Below the pieces are notes generated by a model. It ran no database searches. It saw only the letters and a list, made by a program, of their open reading frames with translations, and had not been told where the DNA came from. DNA of 64,000 nt from Phallusia mammillata (Eukaryota), in contig OZ281494.1 in the NCBI GenBank assembly GCA_965637545.1, forward strand, positions 16,802,001 through 16,866,000, read 5' to 3'. The translations under genes were made by a program, and so were the position numbers. Positions 1 through 12,076 of this stretch are shown piece by piece; within the stretch, counting starts at the first letter, position 1; each line of letters starts with the position of its first letter.

Positions 1-1233
1 CAAAGACGATGCACAGGTTAGTCGACAGACCGGTGGAAATCCCAGCATTTTGTGTTTGCCTGTTGTCCTGTATGTTTTACGTTTATGCCTTTGATCGCCT
101 GCTTTACGTCCGCCCACTTTGCCTGCATACCTTAACTGTTTCCAAAAGGGATAGATTCAGAAGCGAAAGGGGAAACAGTCAAACTTTGCCGCGAAATGTC
201 AGTCATATTACACGTATGGGCCAAAATTATAGCACACTTCTCATTAGGTTGATTGTAATAAGGCTGGAAATAATTTAAGGTAAGGAAACAACATGCATTA
301 TATCCTATTGTAGCCGCAATAGAAAACACGTTACAATAGGCATTTCTTAGTTTTCACAGCACCAGAATGCAAGAATACAAACACTTTTCAAGAAAAATAA
401 GGTACACGGTTCAAAAAATTACATACAAGTGTAGAATTAGTTACTGGCGTCTTTACTCTCGTGTCAAGTTTAAAGGCACGTGTTGGCTTTAGAAGTAAAT
501 TATTGACTTACAAGATATAGCAAACACCTCTCTACTGCCGTCTAGCGGCAACAATGTCAAAAAACGCAATTACTGCTTATAAGTAATAAAAAAAATGTAT
601 TTCCCTATAATCCTATTTACGCTGTTGTTGTAATTGGGGTATTTAATTCATATGAGTGTTCTATAACCAACATACGGCCACGATACATAATAAAATGAAA
701 AAGGACAATTTTGTTAGGGCCTCACGAAACGATGAATGTCTCTTGGGACATTTTGCTAACTGCATGTTTGAAAGTCTGTCTATTATTTTGCATGTAAACA
801 TAACAATGGTGGTATGTGGTGTGACATGTGTGCATGAGTGTCGGTCAAGAGACTGCTCGTCTTTTTCTTTTACTCTTATCTTTTTAACCCGTCCCCATGT
901 GCTTTACAACTTATGATCAGTGGAACTCAGGAAATTTCTTTGATCGTATCTTTTCATTTGCGCCCGGCATGACTTAACAGCATTTATTAACTAAATCTTA
1001 TTGTTTCTTGCCCAAAGTGAGTTTTGAAACAAACTTTGTAAGTTACTTTGTAGTTTTTCAGAACTTGGATTCTAGCTGCCAAGCTTCTAAATGGATCTTA
1101 TGGTTTTGTAAAGCTGATTTAATTCTCAAAGACAATTAAGAATGCAAAGTTTGTTTCAAAACGCGCTTTACGCAAAAGCTGAGTCTGTACGAGTGTAGCC
1201 TATTATAATTTCAATCTTGATTTTGCTTTACAG

Positions 1234-1807
1234 CTTCGAAGAGACGACAAGAAGGCAATTTAACCACGTCTCATCCGACAAAGCACACACAAAACACGAA
1301 ACCTCAACTAACAATCGGACACACGTTGATACGACGACCGTTACCATGAAAACTTCAACTTATCGCAGCGAAGTCAGCCATTCTACACAAAAACTGCTTG
1401 TTGGGCACGAAATTAAACAACACAGCGCCGAAACCTCGGATGAATACAGACACTCGGACAGCGACGGCGAATCGGGCTATGTTGAATACGAAACTGATTA
1501 TCAGATCTTGTCTGACGCAATCAATTGGGCTGTTGAGAGGGAGGAAAAACGTGGCGTCGGGGATTACCCCTTTGACATCGACAACGATAAAGCCAGTTTG
1601 GACTTGTATACCCCAAAACCAGGTTATCTTCGACGTGCTTTCAAAGCCGCGTTACCTTTCTATTTTTTCCTTCTAGCAGTGTTGCTCTTTTTCCTGCTCG
1701 TCCCTCTCACGTGTTTGGATGAGCGTTATGCCTGTCTCCGAAAAAATAACCTTCATTTGTACATTAATCCATCACTTGCCTGGACCGATGGACCTCCACC
1801 GACGTAA
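1234..1807 (+). CDS. KASH-domain nuclear-envelope protein (nesprin/ANC-1-type C-terminus); terminal exon or short single-exon form starting at ATG 1346
   Basis: Ends ...AALPFYFFLLAVLLFFLLVPLTCLDERYACLRKNNLHLYINPSLAWTDGPPPT*: a TM helix, about 30 luminal residues with the conserved Cys, and terminal PPPT, the KASH hallmark. Acceptor ttttgctttacag at 1221-1233. Confidence 0.9.
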
Positions 1808-2738
1808 TCGTTGCGTTTTTCGCACCTTTTTGTTCTTTCTAATGGTGCTGTGGAGACAAATTGAAGTCGGAAAGTTACCGGAGTCCAAGAGTTGATTTAC
1901 AGCAACAAGATTCAGTTTGGCTGTATTCCGAGGTTTCGTCGTTTCTGTATGCATTCGTACTTCGACTATTAACAATGAAAGAAACATGGACAGGAAAGTC
2001 ACTGTGAATTGTTTAACGCTTGCCTTAACGGTTACTACACGACATGTCCATTCAATTGTTTGTTCTTTTTTGCTTCAACCTTTAGTGGAAATTGTATTGA
2101 TACGATGTTAATAGACAAAAACCTATTTTTCTATAGCACGAAGATAGAGAGCGTAGTTGTGTATTATCTACTGTAATTTTGCATATATTTCTTACGCGTT
2201 AAATTTTGTATGTAGTAACTCCTCCACCCAATGCTTTCCCAGTCCAACATCGTTTTGTCAGGTTTGTTGATGTGGGAAGTTTAAATTGCACTTGCATGTT
2301 TGATTTGTTTATTCAACTTTGTAGGATTTTCGATATTGAATCACTTTGTTAATAAAATGTCGAAACAAGTTTGTGGCGCTTTCTATTGCGTACCCCTGTT
2401 TGCGTAAATCGTCACACTTCAAAGTGTTTCGGCCAATCCCGGTTTTTCTGCACCACAAAAACGAAAGATGAAAATTATGAAATCGCACAATAACTGAACA
2501 TACCAACTGTTCGGCACAGGGGTTTGTGTAATGAAACGGATCCGATGAAATCAAATCCAGCAAAACACTAAAATATTCCTCGCCGTTCAAACTATATTCA
2601 CAAATGAGGTTGTAATCAAACTTACCAGCTCAATACAAATCAGCAGCTCAAATCTCAGTCAAATCAACAATTTATAGTTTACTTGCTGCTAAATGAAGGC
2701 AACAATGTTCAAATTAAATTCCTTGCCTGTGAGCTTAG

Positions 2739-3241
2739 ATACATATCTCACCTGTCTACAGTAAGCTATAAATTATAATATAGACTGATTGCATCTTGAG
2801 TCTACCATCGTGCTGCATGCCATGATGCTGCAGCAACTTTGGATAACTTTTTAAATATTATATTTGACATTACAAAGCTGGTGACTGCAATGTTGCTTCA
2901 GATCCACTGGGTTGGAGAAAATGCTATTTAGCACAGACTGAGTTTGAATCCAAACATTTGCTATAGACAATCGGATCGGCTGTCTTGCTGCCTGATACTT
3001 ATTTGCTGTTACGTAAACGCAATAAACATAAAATGTACGTGGACAATAAACATTTGTTTCATGCACTGATTACGCAAAATCCTGACTTAAATCATAGATA
3101 TCATAATGGCAAGAAGCTGTGGAAACCACCAGGTAACAACACTGGGTTAATCACATTTGTAAAAAATGTCGAAACAAACTACAACAAAGCTACAATACAG
3201 AGGAACATGGTCCCATTGGGCCCCATGTATGCCATCCCTGA
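2739..3241 (+). other. Unassigned exon-like blocks (possible small spliced gene)
   Basis: A phase-compatible GT-AG chain 2739-2760/2878-2941/3098-3132/3201-3241 gives IHISPVYTGDCNVASDPLGWRKCYLAQTEYHNGKKLWKPPEEHGPIGPHVCHP*. No start or homolog recognised, and minus-strand alternatives exist. Confidence 0.2.
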
Positions 3242-3380
3242 CTTTGTCAGCTAAGATTTACACAAAATCAGAAAAAATATCACTACAGAAGTGAAGTAAC
3301 AGATACATTATTACAGTACAGTGCGAGGTGTTTCACTCTAGTTGTGGACACATTCTTTTTGTCTATCGCCTACGTTTTGT

Positions 3381-6300
3381 TCATATCGAATTGGGATCAG
3401 CGCGAAATTCTATTAAGTATTTCATCACGAGTGAGTAGCAAAGTTTGTAGAGGACCTAAAATGACAGAGAAAACATGAATAATAATCAATTCAGTTTGAC
3501 AAAATAGAGACTAGCCTGTGCTATCTTGTCATAAAGTTACCTTGTTGTCCAGCATGTTCGGTTTCATATCTCTCAAATCTTTGACAGTTCGAAATACATC
3601 AACTTGTCTTTGTGTTTTCAAACGTTCGAGAATGTTTACCAGAGCGATAAATGTCCCTGTTCTGGTTGACCCGTTGCTAAACAGAAAACGTGTGAATACA
3701 GACCGGTGTAGTTTTGCTTACAGTCACACGTGTTTCAGTGATCCGCGTGTTTCAGTGATCCGAGTAAGTGCAGTTTATTTCACGACACAAACGGTGAATG
3801 TTGGTTAAATGGAAGCTTTTTATAAAGTAGGATTGTAAAGGTATTGAAAAAAATTGTAAATCGAGAGCATTTGCTGTTACTGAAAAGCATAAACACTTGC
3901 CTGCAACATATCAATACAGAATGGCAATTTCGTTCAGTCTTTAGTCGATGCATTGTTTCAATAACATTGACAAAATTCAATTCATTCGGTGGATTTTCGA
4001 CATCGTTCCATTCGTTTATTTGAAGAAGCGTGAACATCTGACCGACCTAGTTTGAAAAAAAAGCTTTTTCGTGCATTTTTCGTTTTGTATTGAAATAAAG
4101 AATCTTGTTGCTTACTGTCATATGACCAGATGAGATTTCAAATGTAAAAATGTTATATACCGGAGTCTGGTCAAGTTCTTTCACTGAAATAGTAACTTCC
4201 CCATGTTGATAAAGTTTGTTGTTTGCAATCTAAATGCACAAATCAATTTAAATCACTTTTTGTACTAAGTTATATGTTTTAGTTGCATTATCTACAAAAA
4301 TGGTCATTACAAAAGGTAATTCTCCAAAAACCTTTATTGTTTTGCTTAAATCAACAATCACAAACAAGTTTCTCATCACTGTCATCTTCCAAAACTCTTC
4401 CTCTTTTCCTATGTCAGGGCCTTGAGCAGCGACAAAATATTCAGATGTAGTTTGGTCCTATTGCATAAACAAATGTGTAACTACAAAGATAAAAGTAATG
4501 AGGAAGGATTTTAATATAAATAATAGAAGACGAAATTTAATACGTTTTACCATAATTTTTTTTAGTTGTGCCGAAAATTAGAAAATAAATGCATTAAGGA
4601 GCGTTATCAATTATTCAAAAACAAAATCGTGTAAACATACTGACGGTTTAAGCTATTCTTGTTTAGGTGAGGTTTCGTTACACACAAAAATTAACAAACT
4701 AAAAACTTAGTCTAAAACCTTTAACTTAGTTCGCGAAGTTGTGCTCTTTACGCCGCGCCTATTGAAATTTAGCAAACTTGTGTGATTTAAGTTCTCAAGG
4801 TAATAGCGCTAACCAGTATAGGACTAGGCTATTGTTTGCACAAGAACCCAAACGTTTATATTGTTTAAATTGTTTGCTTGATCTCGTTGCAAAAATGCAG
4901 CCATACTTGGACACACGAAGCGTTCAGATATTTAATGGATTCAGTCTTTACATTCCAAACTCCAATTGCAGTGTCTTTGTCTAAAAACATTTGTGTGCCA
5001 GTCAAACAGAATAAACACCTCATATATAGTAAACCTACATGTGTGAAGTTTGTTATCGCTTGGTTGCCAATCTTCACCAAAGCGGAACGTAGACAATATG
5101 GCAAACTCATTTTCTACCATTCCATCGCTAAAAGCAAATGTCCATTGTTTCATTATGCTTTGTTTAAGGTTAAGTAATTTCAGAAGTCTTACAGTTCAGC
5201 TGAAGTCATTTCTTCCAATTCAGTGACGTTTTTGTTTGTTTCCATCAAATGTTCATGCTCCATGAGAAGTTTGTACAAGAATATGTATTGTTTCTGACAA
5301 AAGAATCTCAAGTTAAGTTGTTCTCGAACTACAAGTAATTTGGTGCTCATAATTTTTATTTTGCTTGGGAGTCATGGCTACAAGCATACTTTCAACTCCA
5401 ATGCATATCATTTTACGACAAAAGATGGCACAAAGTAACGTACCGACGTTTGAATCATATCCGTTCGATTCTGTCTCATTCTTAGAACCGTTTGTGGCAC
5501 ATCAACTGTTCCCCTATCATCAAGTTCATCAAACAAACTGTCCATTGCTATATAAGTACCTGTACGTCCACAACCTGCACTGCAGCACAAAATAAAAATG
5601 TTTTGATGTCAGTTTTTTTTTTAATTTTTGCCATAAACCCTTTTTTGCTTTGCTTTTTTACCTGCAGTGTACAATGATCGGAGAACCTGTGTTGTGTAAG
5701 TCATTGACGATGTTACGTAGATACATCATGTTGGATGTTGTCACGGGAACACCATGATCGGGCCAGGTTGTATACTGAAGCTGTGTTATGATGCGTTCCT
5801 TCTAAAGCAACGTTATAATTTGACATATGGCAAGGTGGGATATGGCTTTTTGTTTTGTTTCTTTGACAACACATTTCAAAAGGCAAATTTATTGTCATGG
5901 CGAGGGTAACCTGTTCTTTTGAAATGACAAATTCTCTCCGGATAAGTCCACCAAACGATGTTTCTTGAATGCATTTCACGGAAAGAACATCGAACGTCAA
6001 CATGCTTTCGCTTCCCAAGTTAGGCCAATATTGCTCGCACTTTGCCTGTTTATTAAACTTGATCAGTATAATGCTTATCTAGTATAAGGTAATTGTCAAT
6101 TTGTACTTTTGAAACTGTGGGGCGTGGTTGTCGAATCAATAAAGTTGCCGCAAGATAACCCAACTTGCGGCAAGTTGCTAACTTGCAAAAGTTGCCGCAA
6201 CTTAGCTCTCTTGCTTTGCAAGTTAGTTATATTTCGTTGCAGGTTAGCTATCTTTCTGCAACTTAACTATCTTGTAGCAACTTAATTTATTCGACAACGG

Positions 6301-9300
6301 CGTCCCTTATGAAACTTATGACTAATACAGACACTATTTTCTGTTGTATTGTACAAAACGCCGTGATTAAGTGTTCCAAATCTAGTAAACCCAATAGTTG
6401 GTGTCCGGTACAGAGTTGCAAGTCGGGTCGTGCTTTTCGGACTAGGTTCGGGTTCGGGCCGGGTTCGGGCCGGGTTCGGGCTTAGGTATTTGTGAGAAAA
6501 CGGGCTTAGAACGGGACTGACTTTACGTTCCGTGTCCGCCATTTTTTTAATAAAATCACTCAGCTAAGTAACTCTGGCTTTGACCTAATGCCCACCCTAC
6601 TCTAAAACGTATTGTTTACCCCATTGTCTACTATTGTTCATTGTGTTTGTTGTCTATCTCTTTTATCTTTCTCATCCTTTGTTGCAAGGCTTTCGTGGAT
6701 AGGCCTGTCAATCAAAATTTCGGGCCCAAACGCGGGCTTCGCAAAAACGTTTCGGGTTCGGGCCTGGATTCGGGCTTATACTTCCGGGTTCGGGCTTTCG
6801 GGCCCGCTTGCAACTCTGGTCCGGTATAGAACTAACCTTGCCGTTTTCACTTAGGCCAGTAAGCATTACGACGATTTTGGTGTTTTCCTGCCAAACCATT
6901 AGCCAGAACTCGTTCAAGGTTTCCTTCTTCGGACCCTGAGTAGCAATAAACTTCTTCTCGTTATTGTAACCCGGGATGTAGGCGGCGTTAATGTAATCGT
7001 TTCCCCCGGATTGGTGCAAAACGACCCGGGCGTGATCATCTGTTAAGTAAGCAATTAGGAGGTTAGGATCTTAAAGCGACCTTTTTTACCACATGTTTAA
7101 ACTTACACGGGTATATGTTCTTGTATCTGTTTCTTAGGGCGTTTTCTGGCAGTTGAGAAACTTCTTTAGAATTTTCGTTGCTTTTGCTGTCCTGTACTAT
7201 TTTCTGTAAAATATTTAATTTGATACAACTATTATTAAAAAAAATGAATTCTTCACCTTAAACTCTTCAATTAAGTTGGTAAAGTTGACTTCAGCACTTT
7301 TTTTGTAAAAGTCAAATAATGTGGTCGCACAAAACCTAATTGCAATATTTTCGTATGTGTCGTCAACATCTGCAAAAAACATTTCCGAAATGATACAACA
7401 TAATTAGAAACAAACCTGTTTCAATAACTTGGATGTTTTTTACGTTTTATTACATCGCTATTTAATGCTAACCATTTTGGGTGCAATGATCTTCCAATTG
7501 GAGGTTTGGTGTTCCTGTATTTATTTCTTTGTTGTTTTTTGATCTACAAAATGTGTGAGTCAATTACTACACCTATCAAGTGCACACAACATCTTTTACA
7601 AAACATTAATGTGTGTCACAAAACCAACCGCCGTTTCATCCAAAACAGCCACCCGCCAATTGATAAAACTATAATAACAGCAAACATTATTCCTATAATA
7701 AGAGCGGTGCTGGTTTCGTTGTTGTTTGTGCTGTTGTTGTTGCTTGTTGTTGTGGTGGTGGGGTAATTGTTACTATTTTCTTGTTTGGTTGTTTCTTTTA
7801 AACAAAGTAATAAATACAGGTTAGTTGCTATTAGTTTGCTAAGCTCGATTGCTCAACTTCTGTTACCTTGAGGAAAGCAACTTTGTGGGGGCGGGGGAAG
7901 AGTGGTTACATTCAGCTCAGAAGTCACACTGGAGTTTATGCATCCTGTAAGATATGCGGTGACCTGTATCAAACCAAAAAGTTCATCAAGAAATCGATAA
8001 AATCGTAATTTTATGGTTGATTAGACGACATATGCAATTTTACCTGAATTGTGTAGTTTTTGGTGTAATTTAGATTTTCAACCATTACAAAGTTGTTTTT
8101 ATATGCGGCGTGTGTTGAGAAATTCAAATCCAGGACCTGGACATGCACCTATAACCGGAACACAGTCGAATAAACTGAGACAGGATTGAAAACTCAATAA
8201 AACTTTTGAGAGCTCTGATCACAAAAATCGCAGAATTTTTTATACCTGTACTTTGAAGTTAAAATGGTCAATAAACTCGTCAAGACCCGTCCAAGTGACA
8301 TTTACAGTCGAGGAGTTGCAGAAAAATGTCTTCACAGAAGGAGCAACTAAACCACAAACAAAAAGTAGCTATACAAACACATTATACAATTGATATGTAA
8401 CAATTATTGACATTTTCAGTTCAGTATATCCACTTACACTTAACTTGACAAGCGTAATAAGCCGGTTCCCCAATGCATCTCTTTCTTGACTGCTCCCACC
8501 CGATCCCATAATGCAAGGCTCTTTGTTGACAAGATGTGAAGTTGGAACTGGGAAAGTTTGCCGGAGATCTGTTGCTCCAAACCCATACATGTAAAGACGT
8601 GTTGTACCGAGCTCCGATAAAAACGTGGATATCTGTTTGTGGAAACGTGTAAACCGGACATTTTACTCACAGGAAAAATTAGTTCTTTTGTTCTTTGACG
8701 GTGACCGTCATTTTACAATCATTTTTTTATGATAGTGAAAGAACTAGTTCAGCAATATTGTACGTCGGAAATACAAACCTATATTTAGCAAATGAATGTA
8801 ACTGATGTAATACATTAATTGCTTACCTGGCACAGAAATGGCACAATAAAATTTCGTAAATTCGTTGTATGATTCATTAACAGTCCGAAATGATGAGCCA
8901 CCTCCATTGTAAACATACACAGTTTTATAACCGACTTGCGTTTTGATTCGGGTAAATGTGCTAAATTCAAATGTCCAACCTAAAATGCAAAGAAACCAAA
9001 ACGCACAGATATTTTTTTGTGAAATAATAAGCAAATTTAGGGCTAAAACTTTGACTAAAATCAAGCTTGTTGCAAACAACATCTCTGGGATTAAGTCAAG
9101 TTTAATAAACTGAGTTTAATTCTTGCGTTTCAGCGTTTTGTATCCTATATTACAGGCTTTTCCAGCAAATGTTTAGTTTACCGGTTATAAACAAAATAAT
9201 ACATTTAATTGAATATTTTTGCTGCTTTAACTTTAAGACAAGTAACACCTATTTCGCAAAATAATTAAAGAATTAGAGTTGAAATTGTTGATACGATCAA

Positions 9301-10097
9301 GCCAAAATTAAATGCACAAAATAATTAAAATTCTGAAAATAAAGCTAAAATTTAAACTTACCATAAATAAATTTATAACTTTAATACATACCGTTTTTTC
9401 CGGTTGAGCAGTTTCCACCAAAAGTTACTCTCCATGTTTTGTGTCGAGCATGACAAAAAAACATTTTTCTTCGTGGTCCCTGTGTCAAGCTATAGAAGAA
9501 AATGTACACGTATAGGTGTCATTTTCGAAATAGTCGAAATTTATACATCACCGATTGATAACCTGTCAAAACTGTCAAAATACCAAAGTTGTCCGAGATC
9601 TTTTGTAGATTTCCAAGTTTCTGATTCGACGTGATCAAACGAGTATTTGTAATAATGCGGATTCGTATTGTTGTAGAAAATCCAAATTCGTTTCAAACCT
9701 TTTTGTGTAAATGCTTATTTAGGTTTTTTTATATTCATACACTTTTTTACTTGCGGCTGATGACAACAAAAACTCACAAACCTGCTGTATATTTGTGAGT
9801 CAGAAGTTGAGTTAGAGTTTTGTTAATCTGAAAATCGTTGCTGATGACAAGATGCCCACCAAGCAACGAACATTTTTCCAGTGCAGTGTTTGCGTCAACA
9901 AGTTCATCAGACAAAATCAACACACTGTCCTTAATAGCTTTCACTGACATTCCGCAATCTACAACGTCAAAAACTAAATCATTCTGCTATTTAACTTTTT
10001 ACGTGCATTTAACCACACTTTTAATTGAATCCGTCCGTAAAGGCTTTAACATCGACAACCAAAGAAAGTACAGAAGAAGCCTAGTTAAAACAACCAT
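3381..10097 (-). CDS. Receptor-type protein tyrosine phosphatase: signal peptide, 2 C-type-lectin-like domains, FN3, Ser/Thr/Asn stalk, TM, catalytic D1, degenerate D2 (multi-exon)
   Basis: Signal exon 10097-10019 MVVLTRLLLYFLWLSMLKPLRTDSIK. CTLD-like exons at about 9.4-9.95 kb (CSLLGGHLVIS, RIWI) and 8.4-8.97 kb (VFIGARYN..WVWS..C..C..YACQ). FN3 exons at 7.9-8.36 kb. TM ALIIGIMFAVIIVLSIGGWLFWMKRR at about 7.6-7.7 kb. D1 motifs NRYKNIYP, DYINA, FIATQGP, KCEQYWP, WPDHGVP and HCS|AGCGRTG (5801-5662, 5579-). D2 motifs YLNAS, AAQGP and CCS|NGSTRTG. Last exon 3455-3381 VLYKLCYSLVMKYLIEFRADPNSI*. Confidence 0.92.
6119..6306. mobile_element. MITE with about 30-bp imperfect TIR (GGG termini, PIF/Harbinger-like)
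   Basis: Left ggggcgtggttgtcgaatcaataaagttgc vs reverse complement of the right end gggacgccgttgtcgaataaattaagttgc (25/30). Internal gttgc/gcaac repeats. No clean TSD. Confidence 0.55.
6411..6818. mobile_element. hAT-type MITE in RPTP intron
   Basis: TIR cagagttgcaag...cttgcaactctg; exact 8-bp TSD gtccggta (6403-6410, 6819-6826); subterminal ggttcgggc repeats. Confidence 0.9.
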
Positions 10098-12076
10098 TGT
10101 ACTGGCACTGAATACAGGATGGTTCAACAAAACATAATCCTGCCCAGCAACTTCGATTCCTTTACTCTTGTGCAGCAGGAGATATTCACGTGACTGGGTC
10201 TTGTTAGAAAAGGGAAATGACATGACTGGAGGCGTTTGTGTCACAAGATTCAACCAGCGTGGGTTGCAATTTGAAAACAAACTTTACTGAAATCATAAAG
10301 TCTTGCAGATTTCCACGTTGTATCAGAGTTGTGAACGAGTCTAAAATAGGACCTGATCACAGCCCAATAACAAAAGCCCGAAATCAGGTCCGATCTCAAT
10401 TTTTTTCAAACCATAAATTGGAGCCAAAAGTTTCATTAATCTATTAAAGGTCACACTCAAATTAAGCCTGTTAAATTTAAACATACCCGAACCATTCCCA
10501 GAAAGTTTAAGCTAATTTACAAATCTGCACATTATTTTTTGCATTCGTTGGATATGTGTTAATCGGTATGTGTATTTTGTGACATTGCAATATGCTCATT
10601 ATTTTTCTTGTTCAATTTACATTGCAGTACTTACCATAGGGTTACCATATCTGCAGGGGTAAAATTCCGGACGGTTTCAATAACTATCTTTGACGACATC
10701 AAAGTTCTGTTACAATGCATTATATAGCATGTTGTTTACTTTACCAACCCACAAAGTGCCATTTTTTTCATAAAATATCATTACTATCACAGGAATAAGA
10801 AGCAAAGTTTTGTTTCTAAAAACGTTGAAAAACAGAAAGTTTTATAAGATCCGGCATTTATAACAGAATATCGTTAGCTGTTTAAGACGCGAGCCGCATG
10901 AACACACGCGGTAAAATGCATCGTACATCGAAATAAGCAAATGCACGTTATTGCAAACCTTTAGCCCCTCCACCCACCCCCTTCAAAAAGAATTAAAAGA
11001 TACTGTAGTTTAAGCTACTTTGTGCTAAAATTCCGGATATTAAGAGTGTTTTTTAAAATCATTTCCGGAGACGGATTTTGCATCACTGACATTCTGCTAA
11101 CCCTAGCCCTAAGTTATACAGTAGGGACTGACTATTAACAAACAGAGGTGACTGGCTGCTGTAAACTTAAGGTAAATCATATCCTTGTTGTTCTTAATCG
11201 GCGCTTTAAATAAGCGACTGCTCTCGATAATTTCTTCACCAACCATAAAGGTTAAATTTAACCTCGAACTTCGCCTTAGTTGCATTTTTTCAAAACATTT
11301 TTTAAAAGACAGCCAATGAAAGTGCGATGTATAGTAGCAGGTGTATAATTTTTTTTAAACTATAGTATTTTTACAAAACGTTACATCACATACTAAAGTT
11401 GTTATACAATGTTTTGTGGTTCGTTAAACGTCCGAATAATTTGAGGTAAATTAAAAAAATGGCATAACGATCAATATACAAAATGCTACATTTTACTTAT
11501 TTATTGCGAAAGTTTTGACAAATTTGGTTAATAATAGTTATAGTGTGCAAAAACGCCCCTTTTAAACATGTGTATCAGCTTTACTGCAAAAGTATACAAA
11601 GGAGGTGAACGATTTTTATTAAAGGACAATCGAACGTTTTAATTAACTTAATGATATACAAAGTTGCTAGTTTAATTGACACAGTAATGGCTGTCGTTAA
11701 TTTTTACACTGGATATAGCATGGCAAATGTTTGATAATAATTCATGCTACAAAACTTTTGTCATAAAATTTATCTTTTTATGTGATTGTCAAACGTACAC
11801 AACGTTTATTTCATAACAAACAATAAAACAAATAAAAATATTTCCAAGCACTCAAATAATGCTTTACTGGTCTCGCGTAACTGCTAAAAAGCATTCGTGA
11901 TCATTAACAGGCACAAAATACATAATAAAGTTGTGCGTAAGTAAGTAACTAAATTTATGTAATTAAATACACAACCGTATGTAATTAAATACACAACCGT
12001 GTGTATATAGGTGCTTTTAAAAACAACATGTATAGAAGGCAGCTTTTTCAACCAACATTGTATTATGACATCAAAC

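Noticed and set aside
9999-10280. ORF extension upstream of the RPTP signal peptide
   Set aside because: The paralog is frameshifted here relative to this frame while conserving the downstream Met-signal, so it is treated as 5-prime UTR.
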